Assembly: GCA_964019425.1 (NCBI GenBank)
Contig: OZ025798.1
Location: 1,240,001-1,304,000, forward strand
Source of the DNA: Flectonema sp. DT1601
Lineage: Eukaryota
DNA length: 64,000 nt
Direction: 5' to 3'
Under the pieces are notes generated by a model. That model did not search any database, had not been told where the DNA came from, and saw only the letters and a program-made list of their open reading frames with translations. The translations under genes and the position numbers were made by a program. Shown here one piece after another: positions 46,952 to 58,274 of the stretch (position 1 is the stretch's first letter; each line of letters begins with the position of its first letter).

Positions 46952-48913
46952 ATGATCGAAAATGAAAAGACCGCAACCACTGCAACTACTCCGAAGTGCG
47001 AAATGAAAGATTCTGAAGTGGAAGAGAAGAAGATCGTCGAGCATCCCGAAGTTGAATCAAATAACATCGTAAAGGTGAGTGAGGAAGAGAGCAAGAGTAA
47101 CAAAGAAATGCTTCAAAACAGCACCAACGCCAACTCAGACAACATCAACACCAACTCAGACAACACCAACACCAACATCAACACCAACTCAGACAACATC
47201 AACACCAACTCAAGTGAACAATTAGATCAGCGTTCTGATACGAAGCGTCTGAAGGTCGACTTGAAAAATGAAAATCCCAACGAACTCTCTCAGACTGTTC
47301 AAATATCAAGTTACTCATCTGATGATAATTCTAAACAATTAGTTTTAATAAATGAAGAGATAGAAGTACCACGTAGTATGGAAGAGATAGAAGTACCACG
47401 TAGTATGGAAGAGATAGAAGTACCACGTAGTATGGTGTTCTTAAATCGTTTCAAAACATCGAAGGCTGGAGCGTTGGTAAGATGCGGTTTTGACGGCTGC
47501 AAAATAAACGACGAAAACGACGAGTGGCAGATTGTAGACAAAGAGTTTAAGATTGTTCATAAACTAGAACTACACGTCTCCTTGTCGATGCATCGCTTTA
47601 TGTTTGAAAATAAGAACTTGTTGAGTCGAGAAGTTATGTTTCCGGAACTGCGTCACATCCGAAATTGTTTTATTCAAATAATTGTTGAGCTTCAATCTCA
47701 GAACAGTCAAAGTGGTATCTTCCTGCAGCCAGCTATTACAGCTGCCTCTCCTCGTTGGATTAATAGAAAGGTTTGCGTTCTTACGATTCAATTCATCTCT
47801 CGATGTAGTCTGATGGACAATCTGAGGAATTTAGCTCCACTCAGAAAGTCTCAAAATCGAATTTGGATTACACTCGTTTCGCACAGCACTTCACAGGGTC
47901 AGTTATTTAGTTGCACTCCTAAAGAGTTAATCAGAACTCATGGTGAAGGAATGAAGAAGATGGAAGAGTTTTGTTCGGTTCACGACTTCGTTACAGTTGC
48001 TCAGTCTACTTTACGAGAGTCGCTACTCGGAGTTCACATCAGCTCATGCTCAGGACTTTACTACCAGCACACTCTCCATGAGGTGTGGCCGAACTACGCT
48101 TCTTGGCTCACAAAGCGAATGAACGTCTGCCTGACGGGGTATCGCAGAAATCTGCACACAACCGACGGTGCGCTGCTACTTTTAGTTTCTATCTTAAAGC
48201 TGGCAGTCGCTGACCCGACTACAGTCGAACAAGTTGCTGATGTGATGAATCAAATTCCAATTCTGCTACCTGGAGTTGCTCAAGGAACGGGATATCTACC
48301 AGCACTTCTTCCTGGAGGAACTCCTGTTTCAGGGAAAGGACCACTTCCGAAAAAGAAGCGTCAGAAGGAAGAAAAGACGACAGAATTCGATATTTTTATT
48401 TTATTTGAAGGTCCTAAAAGCTGCAGGAGATTAAAGTCAACTGCTGTAGATGTAGTACTGCCAGCTGTTAAACTTCGGAATGACATGCTGGGCGGTCGGT
48501 TGGAAGTTGAAGACGAGGATGGACCTCGAGAAGATCTCTCGACACGGATATCAAGAATCCTGTGCGTAGCTCAACGAAAAGTTGTTTTTGTGGTGTTGGC
48601 CAGAGGATCACAAGCAAAAGAAGAGTTAGAGGAGTCTTTTAAAACTTTTAGTAAGTCGCCGAAGTTCGGAGGAATGATCTCAGTCGGTCCTACAAAACCT
48701 TCAGTGAGTTGGGTTATCGTCCACGATTGTTGTCAGAATTGCTGCTGTCCTGATGACGAAGATGGATGCGGAGAACGCGTCGATTGCTTTCATAGATTTA
48801 GTAATCTGATGTGCGGCCTGTTTTGGGGAATGTTATTAATTGCTGGTGAGGGATGGCAGGTTGCAGAAGTTCAAAAAGAAATGGTCCTAGAAGCACCCGG
48901 CATTGTTATTTAA
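46952..48913 (+). CDS. Hypothetical nuclear protein with possible C2H2-like zinc finger
   Basis: CGFDGC...F-x5-L-x2-H-x5-H; PKKKRQK NLS-like; internal EEIEVPRSM x3 and NSDNINT repeats. Confidence 0.7.
   Translation: MIENEKTATTATTPKCEMKDSEVEEKKIVEHPEVESNNIVKVSEEESKSNKEMLQNSTNANSDNINTNSDNTNTNINTNSDNINTNSSEQLDQRSDTKRLKVDLKNENPNELSQTVQISSYSSDDNSKQLVLINEEIEVPRSMEEIEVPRSMEEIEVPRSMVFLNRFKTSKAGALVRCGFDGCKINDENDEWQIVDKEFKIVHKLELHVSLSMHRFMFENKNLLSREVMFPELRHIRNCFIQIIVELQSQNSQSGIFLQPAITAASPRWINRKVCVLTIQFISRCSLMDNLRNLAPLRKSQNRIWITLVSHSTSQGQLFSCTPKELIRTHGEGMKKMEEFCSVHDFVTVAQSTLRESLLGVHISSCSGLYYQHTLHEVWPNYASWLTKRMNVCLTGYRRNLHTTDGALLLLVSILKLAVADPTTVEQVADVMNQIPILLPGVAQGTGYLPALLPGGTPVSGKGPLPKKKRQKEEKTTEFDIFILFEGPKSCRRLKSTAVDVVLPAVKLRNDMLGGRLEVEDEDGPREDLSTRISRILCVAQRKVVFVVLARGSQAKEELEESFKTFSKSPKFGGMISVGPTKPSVSWVIVHDCCQNCCCPDDEDGCGERVDCFHRFSNLMCGLFWGMLLIAGEGWQVAEVQKEMVLEAPGIVI
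47354..47434 (+). repeat. In-frame perfect 27-bp repeat, 3 copies (EEIEVPRSM)
   Basis: gaagagatagaagtaccacgtagtatg x3. Confidence 0.95.
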
Positions 48914-48977
48914 AATTATCGTCACGACAAGACGCTGACTCTTACAATAGTTCGCATTCAACAGATTGAACAAATGA

Positions 48978-49994
48978 ATGGCAACGAGTGACACGGACGC
49001 GTTGTCTGCGATAAGACTCACTCGAGTTATTGAAGAACATGACTTTAAGAAGACTTGTGTTAACTACGAAAGTGGAAACAGAAATGTGAAGAAAGTTGTA
49101 AACTTGTGGAACAGTTTCGAGGATTGCGATGTTGGGATACACGCCTACGGTATTATGATTTCCTACTTTGCTAAATTAAAAAAAAAACGTGCCGCATTTA
49201 AATTGATTTCTGAAATGAAAACCAGAAACTTATCCAGCAGTGTTTCTGTTTTTAATTCTACCATCGACATGTTGAAAAGAAATCGACAACAGGCTGACTG
49301 GAAAGCGCTCAGCGCTATTTTTAGAGAAATGGCCAGCGTTGGAATGACACCCAACAACGCGAGCTACACAAAAACAGTTCAATGTTGTGTCTTCTGGAAA
49401 CACGAAGCAGCAACTGTTCGAGTTCTGAATCTGATGACAGAAAGTGAGTTGCCAGTAAACTCACTTCTCTTAGCCACAGCGGTGTCGTGTTTTACGAACA
49501 TTAGAAGAGGATTAGTATTTGTATCTTCGTATCCGACGGATGTTTGTTACCATCCAATTGTCTTTAATTCTCTGATGAATATCTCAGCTCGTGATGGTGA
49601 TATCACTTCTTGTTGGAAGACATACCGAACTATGATTCATCACAAACAGAAACCAACTCTCAATTCTTACACCATCTTATTAAACGCTCATAAGGAAGCT
49701 CTCGATTTGTTTGGTTGTATTGAAGTGTTGGAGTTAATGAAAAGGAATCACTTTAACGCTGATGAGGTCAGTTATACAACAATTCTGAGACTCTGTAATA
49801 AATTATTGGAATGCGATGATGTTGAGAAGCAATCGATCCTTAAAATAGCTCTCGAGATATTTTATGAAGCGAAGCAAAATAAGAAAATATCTTCACTCCG
49901 ACTGTTGCGAGAGATTAGAGAGATTTTCAAAGGCGACGATCAAATGCTGTCCAACATCAAACAGAGCGCTTCAGAACAAGGAGTACATTACTAA
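48978..49994 (+). CDS. Pentatricopeptide repeat (PPR) protein
   Basis: Repeats of about 35 aa: YGIMISYFAK, VFNSTIDML, GMTPNNASYTK, VFNSLMNISARDG, KPTLNSYTILLNAH, DEVSYTTILRLC. Confidence 0.85.
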   Translation: MATSDTDALSAIRLTRVIEEHDFKKTCVNYESGNRNVKKVVNLWNSFEDCDVGIHAYGIMISYFAKLKKKRAAFKLISEMKTRNLSSSVSVFNSTIDMLKRNRQQADWKALSAIFREMASVGMTPNNASYTKTVQCCVFWKHEAATVRVLNLMTESELPVNSLLLATAVSCFTNIRRGLVFVSSYPTDVCYHPIVFNSLMNISARDGDITSCWKTYRTMIHHKQKPTLNSYTILLNAHKEALDLFGCIEVLELMKRNHFNADEVSYTTILRLCNKLLECDDVEKQSILKIALEIFYEAKQNKKISSLRLLREIREIFKGDDQMLSNIKQSASEQGVHY

Positions 49995-50194
49995 AGTAGT
50001 AATACTTGTCTAGTCACTGATTACTTTGAGTTAATAATTATTCCGTTTGTCTGCTGAAGTAAACGAAATGATTATCGTCTGTTGTGTTGACGATATTGAT
50101 GTCTTCCTTTTTGGATCTACGAAACTCCTCTCAGAAGAGTTCGATTTGGATAAATAATTCTTCAGTCGAATCTCAACTACACTTCTTCAGAAAT

Positions 50195-51049
50195 ATGAAC
50201 GACAATAACGATGGACGCGATGAGGAAATGTTTGATGATGAAGCTGGTCAGCGAGAGGAGTTTGGGAGCGTTATTGTGAATGAGATTGAAGACATTAAAA
50301 ACCTCATAGTTGATGCACTTCAAGAAGATACTGCTGGTGGTGACTTCACTAATGAAATAACATCCCAAGACTTAGTTGCTGATGTCGATGTCGATGACTA
50401 CGATGGCCTTTCAACTAGTAGCGGAGATGGCTGTGATCCAATCACGATGGTCACCGTGAAGGATGACGAAGTTCAGAGCGACGCATCAGATGCGGACAGT
50501 GAAAGCGGCCTCAGCAGCGACAGCGAAAAAGGAATCGAAGAGAAGGAATTCCTTCACATGAGTATGGCTGGGTATCAAGATAGAGTCAGGAGTGTAATGG
50601 AAAGTGCAACATCTTCAAACATAAACATCAACCCTCACACTGTAAAGTATATGTCAATGGCGAGTGAGTTATTTATTGAAAAGCTCTCTTCGGTATGTGG
50701 CTGTCGGGTATTTTTTTATTCGTTTCCGTGCAAATAGCACCTGAACGGCATTCAGAGAATGAAACACTTCTGTTGATTAGTTAGTTAGAATATTTCTGAT
50801 AATTTAAAACAACACAGCAAGCGGCAAGACAAGTAACACGAGAAGGAAAAAGAGAAGTAGATTATCAGCAGGTAAACGCTCTTACGCGAAGGGAGCCGTT
50901 TGGTTTCCTAAAAGGTATTAATTTATTATTTATTTTCAACCTCTACAACAGCAGCCCTCCCAAGACTTGTTTTCGGTATTCAATCTTTCAAAATAAAATA
51001 TGAAATAACAGTTATGTTCGCAGAAGAAGGTCAGAAGACTCTTCTTTAA
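50195..51049 (+). CDS. H2A-like histone-fold protein (NF-YC/POLE4/CHRAC/DRAP1 class) with acidic N-terminus; introns 50693-50817 and 50915-51011
   Basis: RVRSVM...MSMASELFIEKLSS|QAARQVTREGKREVDYQQVNALTRREPFGFLK resembles the NF-YC-type fold. Confidence 0.7.
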
Positions 51050-51244
51050 GTAGCCTTTGAATTGTGTTCAGAACAGTCTGTGTTCTATGCTGTATTATAA
51101 TTATTGTTGTGTTGTAGTTGTTGCTTTGGAAGTATTTTGTTCTCCGACTGAGTAAGGATCGATACCTTCAGCAAGAAATTGTTACTTTTGAAGTGAATAA
51201 AATAGTTTTTAAATATTTATTTTTTTCAATCAGCCGAAAAAAAC

Positions 51245-52811
51245 ATGACCATGAATTTGATAGTTTTGGTTTTAGTTTTATTGTTCGTAGGATGTGATGG
51301 AAAAGGTGCCGGAGGATCAACTAGTGGAGGAAGTTATCGATCAACTAAGAACGGATACTACTCAAGAGGACATTATTACGGATATTATCCCATTTATATT
51401 GGTCACCATCATTATGGAACAAGAGGTCATTATTCCTCTGATAGCACTCGTCAAGCAGCAAACCTCGATAACAAGCAAAACAAAATTTTTTGCAAAAGAG
51501 ATGTTCGTCTTGACTCCAAGTCCTACACTTCTGCGGATGCTATTTCTTTTAACTCCACCAGAGATTGTTTTATTCAGGGTATGTCTTTATAATTGTTTCT
51601 TACTTCACGAAGTGTTTCTCATGTGAACACGACGGGTTTTATTGGTGTTAAATAACTACAAACAGTTTCCACAGATCACGGATCTCCGAAGAATGAAAAA
51701 GTTTTGGAATCCGAACTGGATGTGTTCCAGTGGAAGATGATGGCAGGAAATAATTTATTTGGAGTTGAGATGCAGCAATTTAAAGACATGGATGACGCAG
51801 CTCCTGTTGACACTTCGAAATTCGGAGTTTACATTGAGAGCATCGCCTCTGATAGAGTTGTTGACTTGAGATCTCTGACTTGGAAATCATCAAACCTTGC
51901 CCCAGCTGACAAATCTACTTTTGGTTATCCTCGCAGCACTTCAAAAGACAACTCTCGAATTCTCACTGTCGACACTCGCGGTAAGAGTGCTGACGGAACT
52001 GTTGATATTACTTTTAGTTATTCAATCGCTGCTGATTTCGCTGAGGTTTGTATTGTTAAATAAATAATTTAGTTTTTAGGAATTGCAGCAATCAATTATA
52101 ACAACCTCAGGATCCTTTTATCGATCACGTCTTCTTCCGTCCGTCTGGAATGAAAATGGACGTCACGGTGTCGAAGTTTCCTGGAGTCGTATTGAACTCA
52201 GGCGGTGGCGGGTATGTATTTGATGATCTCTTTTATCTGAAGAATTGTAGACTCGTCTGCTTGATTTGTGACTTTTTAAATTAAAACACAACAGGCAGCT
52301 CACTTTCAAGATGTATGTCCGCGCAAAAGCAGACTTCGAACCGAGTTACGGAAAACCAACGGCTGAATTATTTGCAACTGAGTACGATGCTCAGAAGAGA
52401 ATGCGAATTGAAATCGGAAATGTTGCGAATGTTGACACGAGAGGTAGAAACTTCTTCTCGTGGGGATCCCAGGTATCTCAGGAATCTGTTTGTTATAAAG
52501 AAGGAGGCGAGTTTTGCGCAGTTCCAAACTTCGGAACCTGCAACACAGCGAGTCAGTGTAAGGTTCTTTGTGATAACACAGCTAACAATGCGGTCTGCGC
52601 AAAGGCTGGCGGAGTAACTGGTGATTGGGTCCTTCCATTTGAAATCACTGGAATGGTCGGAACTAATGAAAACAGAACTTACATCATGACTTGGTCTACA
52701 ACAATCGGAACATATGATAAAGCAGAGTTCACAACTATAGAACCAAATTCTGCATCGTCAGCTGCCATCAGTTTTGTTCTCATTGCAATCTCTGTATTAC
52801 TCATTCTCTAA
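51245..52811 (+). CDS. Secreted, probably GPI-anchored surface protein; introns 51579-51665, 52046-52110, 52212-52294
   Basis: Hydrophobic signal peptide; C-terminal NSASSAAISFVLIAISVLLIL*; three introns restore one frame. Confidence 0.75.
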
Positions 52812-53946
52812 ATAAAACAAATGTTGGGAATGGCTGGAGAAGCCAAGTAGTCATTTTAATAATCTTTTCCATTGATAAGAACATAACGGAGTGTCGTTGA
52901 CAAAATATTTTAAACTGGTCTGAACCTTTCGGACCTGATCTTAACTAGTCTGCAGTGTGCTATTCAAAAGAGTTGCTATCCGTTTCCTGCTGACAGTTTG
53001 ATTACCTGTTTGAGTGTTCAGTCGTATCGAAGTCCCATATTTGTTACTTTTTAAAATTTAAAAGATTCTTAAATAAGGCTCAATTTGTGTGATACAATAC
53101 CTGACAAGTGGAACCATTCAGAAGTACCTGTTTGGTTAGAGTTAATCCTCTCCTTCTTCTGAGAATTCTTTTCTCGGGTCCCTTTTGTTTGTCCCCATAT
53201 GCTTCCCTTTTTCTTTATTTTACTTTCTTAGTTAACTTTGGATACGACAGGCTCCACCACCCACCACGTTCGTGTAGTACATATGAAGAAAGAATTCATA
53301 ATAGAGGATGGAATACTTTTAAAATTAATAAAACAGAACTACCTTCTGTATTGGTGGTGGGCTCTCTTATATTAAAGTACTACTTGAACTTGGTTAGTAG
53401 TCAATGCGCGTCAACTCTCTATCTCGATAGCGTGTCACTGGTTCTTTCATTTTTGTCTTCAGTCAGACGCTTTCGGCAACTGCGATCAGTTCTGACTCTC
53501 ATGTCCTTTCGGTGAACTTGTTGCTCGTTATTCACTCTCGGGAGTACCTCCCTTGTGTTGGCTACCTGACAGGTTGCCTTCACAAGATTGGAATTACAAC
53601 TTATTGAAGAAACAACAACGAGGATTATATGAGAATTAGACTATAAATACAAAATAACAGCAGCCCGCTCGCTGTTTTGTTTTGCGCCACCCACCTGTTC
53701 TTCGTTCATATATTCGTTTCACTCATTTGGGAACCAACCATTCCCTTCTTTTTTATTTTCTTTGTTTCTTTTTCTATTGGAAGAAAGCTCTTCCCTGTGA
53801 GGTCATTTCTATTTATTTATAACAGCCTGAGGAAGATGACTTAGAGGGTGCATGGCCGATACTACTCACAGTGTCTACTGGATAATCTGATTGTATTAAT
53901 TTATGGATGTGGTGGTGATTGTTATTTGTTTTCAAGTCCTCACAAT

Positions 53947-55416
53947 ATGAATTGGAGAGAAAAGGGAAACCTCGCTGTTCGCGACCAAAAGTACGAAGAG
54001 GCTATAAAATGTTATGAGCAAGCATTAGGTGGAGAGGACGAGAGTGTTGTGTACTGCAATCTGTCATTCTCATACTTGAAAATGGAATCCCCTGCGAAGG
54101 CTGCAGAGATGGCAAATCGTTCTATTGCGGTAGACTCGGGAAACGGAAAAGCATTTTATCGAAAAGCTCAGGCGCTGTCCTCATCAATAACCAGCAGAGA
54201 GGTAGTTGACGGATGCAGATCAGAATTTCAGAAGCTGCTGGCTGCTCAAAACAATTTTAAAAAATGTGTCGAATTGGGAATTCGCGAAGCTATTGTTCGA
54301 CAGTCACTCGACGAAGTGCGGAAAGCGATCTTTCGAAACGCTGTCAGGGGACCAGTTGAAATCGGAACAACAAATATTCACAACATCGGAATGGTTGCAG
54401 TTCGAGATATCGAAGCTGGAGAAGTTCTGCTGGAAGACAACCCGATCGCTTTTTCAAAATGTCTGCAATGGCAAGAAGCAGCAAAGGACGTCGTCTCGCA
54501 ATGTCGGAAACTCGATTCTCAAACTGTAGAATGGGCTCTCGACCTTCACGAAGAAGCTGGTGATGCCAAATCAGTTGAAGAGAAACTGTTTTGTATTTGG
54601 GATTCAAATGGCCACTCAGTCGGGGAAATCGACTTTCGATTCGAAGAACAGGACAAAGTAGGCGCCGCACTATTCCTATCTGGAAGTAGAATTAACCACA
54701 GTTGTTACCCAAATGCCGTTCAGAGTTTTTGCAACAAGACAGCTCGAATTCGAATAATGAGCCTGCGGTCAATAAAAAAGGGAGAAGAGGTCACAATAAC
54801 GTACTGCCCACTACATATGAATAAGTCTGGACGTGTGAAAAGATTGAAATTTGAATGCAGCTGCGAGAGATGCGAAAGAGAACAAGTGACTGACGACGAT
54901 GAAAAGATAAATTTTGAAAAGCGATACAGCGAACTATCCGACAGATCTGTCGAATCGCAAGAGAAGAAGAATCCGAATTTAAGAGATGAGATTGCAGAGC
55001 TGAGTAAACAACTTGAGGAAGACGCTCTTCAAGTATTGGGAGAAGACAACGACACTACTTTTATGATTACTCTCTTGAGATGTAAATTATGGGCGGAGAG
55101 AAAGGGAGCTCTTCCATCTCTTGAACGACTTCAACAATACATCACTCGCCATATGCCTCCTAATTGGCCGATTTTAATATCCACAAATATGTACATCGCT
55201 ATTCACAAAGCCAACTATACTGACACAGCTGATGAAGAGATTCTTCAGCACATCAACACTGCCTTCACAATTCACCGGAGGACACTTGGTAAGACACTCG
55301 GAGGGAGTGGTAATGAGATTTCATTCTTTTGGAATCGCTATCGGGAGGAGCTCATTGGGTTGGACATCACTTCACTCGAAAGGGCGAATATGTTATTCGC
55401 GCAATGTATGAATTAG
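53947..55416 (+). CDS. TPR + SET domain lysine methyltransferase (SMYD-like)
   Basis: TPRs (REKGNLAV...YEEAIKCYEQAL, KAFYRKAQAL); SET motifs GMVAVRDIEAGEVL, RINHSCYPN, GEEVTITY; post-SET FECSCERC. Confidence 0.88.
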   Translation: MNWREKGNLAVRDQKYEEAIKCYEQALGGEDESVVYCNLSFSYLKMESPAKAAEMANRSIAVDSGNGKAFYRKAQALSSSITSREVVDGCRSEFQKLLAAQNNFKKCVELGIREAIVRQSLDEVRKAIFRNAVRGPVEIGTTNIHNIGMVAVRDIEAGEVLLEDNPIAFSKCLQWQEAAKDVVSQCRKLDSQTVEWALDLHEEAGDAKSVEEKLFCIWDSNGHSVGEIDFRFEEQDKVGAALFLSGSRINHSCYPNAVQSFCNKTARIRIMSLRSIKKGEEVTITYCPLHMNKSGRVKRLKFECSCERCEREQVTDDDEKINFEKRYSELSDRSVESQEKKNPNLRDEIAELSKQLEEDALQVLGEDNDTTFMITLLRCKLWAERKGALPSLERLQQYITRHMPPNWPILISTNMYIAIHKANYTDTADEEILQHINTAFTIHRRTLGKTLGGSGNEISFFWNRYREELIGLDITSLERANMLFAQCMN

Positions 55417-55558
55417 AACAATAGCAACACTGTTGATGAAAAGAGTTAAGAAGTTGACTCTTTTCCTTATTACTGATTAGATTTAATTGTGGACTCCGTT
55501 AGTTCTTCTAATTCAAATATTTCACTTTGCAGGTTATGAAATAATTGAATTACAATAA

Positions 55559-56926
55559 ATGGATTTCAGCACCGATCGGATCACCGAGGAATACGCATCG
55601 TCACTAAACGGACAGAACTTGGATGCGATCGCAAATATTCTCTCAAAGGACGTGACTCTCAGCGGGATTCACACAGCAGGTGGTCGTACGAGTGTATTAA
55701 AACAGCTGCTAAAAGTATTCAAATGGTGCTCACCTATCGAATTGGATGTAAAGATTCAAGAAAAGGGAAAGACTGACAAACAAGCAGTCGTGAAATGGGG
55801 AAACAAGGGTGTTGAATTAACCGACACCATAACAATTGTCGATAGCAATAAAGTTGAAAACATCCACAGACAGGTACTCGATACTAAATCCTCAGGTAGT
55901 GGTGCTGCAGCTACTGCTATTCAACAATTACTATCGCTGGGTATTTCATTTAGTGATACCACTTCAACGTCTGTCCTTAACAGTCCGAGAAAGAAACTGG
56001 ATGCTGGTTCGCACGTAAAGAAACCTGTTCTCGACTTCTCCTTTAAAGAGGTTTGTTTTTCTTGTTTTAATTTAAACAATACCAGAGTGGTGTTAGAGAG
56101 TTGAGTGAGTTTTGTTTTCAAAACATAATAAGGATTCTCATCATAACAATAATCATTCGACAACAAACAGATTAGTCATCCAAAACAACTTCTTTCAATG
56201 GAACCAAGAAATGGAATTCGATACAAACCTTCTCAAATACGAAAGACTGTCGTTAGAACTACTGCAGAAGTGAAATCTGAACCAGATCCATTTTTACACA
56301 AAGAAGAAGAGACAATTGTTATTCGAGTCAAAACTAAAGATCAGGAAGCTGCTTACACGTGGGATCGAAGTGACGCAAATAATCTTATTGACGACCCAGT
56401 GAAGACGGAAGAACTCTCTCTCACACAAACCTCAAGTGGAAAAGGACCAGTTCAGAAGTTTAATACGAACAGCGTTAAGTTGAGTAATAATCAACTTCAA
56501 GACGTGTCGTTACTTCCAAAGTGTTTACGACTGTTATTACATCACAGCATGCTTAACTTAAGTTGGATTGACTTGTCTTGTAATAATATCGATTCCATTC
56601 CTTCTGATTTTGATGACTTCCCACTTCAGGTTTTGTACCTTCATTCGAATAACATTTCTTCTTTTGAAGAAGTTAAGAAACTCGCTGGTATCACAACACT
56701 CCATTCGCTCACTCTTTGGAATAATCCACTTGAGAATAAGGCTGGAGGTAACTATAAGATGCATTGCCTTAATATATTGTGTTCGAGGTTTACTGGACGT
56801 ACTTCACTTCGTAAGTTAGACCACGTCGTCATATCGAAAGCTGATTCGCAGAATTGTAAAATGTTTCGCGAGTTTACTGTCATCGCTTCGGAAAATAATA
56901 AAATGAGAAGCCGCGCTGTACTTTAA
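55559..56926 (+). CDS. NTF2/SnoaL-like N-terminus fused to an LRRC51-like LRR protein; intron 56051-56170
   Basis: PVLDFSFKE|ISHPKQLLSMEPRNG, NLSWIDLSCN, VLYLHSNNI, SLTLWNNPLE resemble LRRC51; N-terminal YASSLNGQNLDAIANILSKDVTL is SnoaL-like. Confidence 0.7.
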
Positions 56927-57141
56927 TAAATTATTTACACAGAATTTTCATAACTTTTTCTTACTTACTCGAGACACTTACTCACTGCTGGAGTATTTGT
57001 GTTTTAAGCAGCGGAACTTGTACTTCTTGCTGTTGATGTGTAGGATTCTTATTGTAAGCAGTTCGTACCTTCGCACACCGTAAGTTGTTTTCTAACTTCT
57101 GAGGATGTGACTATTGAACAGAATGTTGTTTGCGTATTTTT

Positions 57142-57159
57142 ATTTTCGTTTCTTTTCAG
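57142..57159 (+). promoter_or_regulatory. Representative polypyrimidine-AG, putative spliced-leader trans-splice acceptor
   Basis: ttttcgtttcttttcag about 30 nt before the ATG at 57187; similar tracts precede most genes in the window. Confidence 0.6.
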
Positions 57160-57186
57160 TTCATCAAAAGACAAAAACCAAATAAA

Positions 57187-58274
57187 ATGAGAGCGGCACT
57201 TTCTGATTGCACCAACACCTACGGTGACCGTAATGTTAGTTTTAATAAACATACGGCCGTCGAGACTACGTCAATGCCGTCCTCTCCGATGGTGATGAAT
57301 TCCTCACCTTCGTTTGGATCCTCACCAACGGTTGGAACTTCTCCAAATGCTTACCGTCATGACCCGTACTCAATGCAGCAGCTTACTCCTCAACCGAGTT
57401 TTGAGTCCTACAGCCCACAGTCTGAATACCAGGTGTGTTTCTTAAATAATAGACCGCGGACTGTAAACGTAGTAGTTTGTTGTTTTCCTTATGACAACAC
57501 AACAATAACATGTTAGGATTTGTGACGTTCCTTAAATCAACCAAAAACAGGCACCACACCAGGCTCACCAGCAGTACTCGCCGCAAAGCATTCCGCGATG
57601 GAACTCTTCCCCGCAGCAGGTATCAGACTACAACCAGCAAGCATCAAACCCAACACGTACTGGTGTCGAGGGAATGGTTACAGTGGCGTTTAAGTATGTT
57701 GTCATGTCCAACGTTTCTTGTGGAGAAGGTCTTTTGTGTCTTACCTAGAAGATGCTTGTCTAGAATTGCCTACGGTGTCAAAAACAACAAAAACAGGTAC
57801 GGCAGAACAGAATGCTTTGGTAGCGACTTCGAAGTAAAAGACGGCGACTACATTTTAGTTGGAGGTGATCGCGGTATAGATCTTGGGCGGGTTATCTCCT
57901 GGTCAAGTGAAACTCCAGACGCTCAGCACAGAACAAAGAAAGTGATCAGATTCGCTAACGAGGAGGATTTACATCTTTACTTTAATGTCATTCCGGAAAA
58001 GGAAAGATCGGTTGCTGTTGAAGCGAACGAAGTAGTTGCGAGGTACGGGATGAGGATGTCAGTTGTCCACGCAGAGTTTCAATTTGATATGAACAAAGTA
58101 ACTCTTCACTACAGCAGTACAGAACCAAGAATTGATTGGAGACCTGCTCTTGCTCAGCTGTACAGAAAGTTCCAGTGCCGACTTTGGTTTGCTCCTTACA
58201 ACCCGCAGGCAACCCCAGACGCTAACCTTCCACTTCCATCTCCTCATACTCCGCAGCAAGTTACTCAGCAGTAG
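57187..58274 (+). CDS. PSP1 C-terminal domain protein; introns 57433-57550 and 57694-57796
   Basis: VAFKYGR...GDYILVGGDRGIDLGRV...VIRFA...AEFQFDMNKVTLHY...IDWR...FQCRLW. Confidence 0.88.

Noticed and set aside
53108..53515. 135-aa hydrophobic ORF
   Set aside because: GTG start, T-rich intergenic composition, no motif
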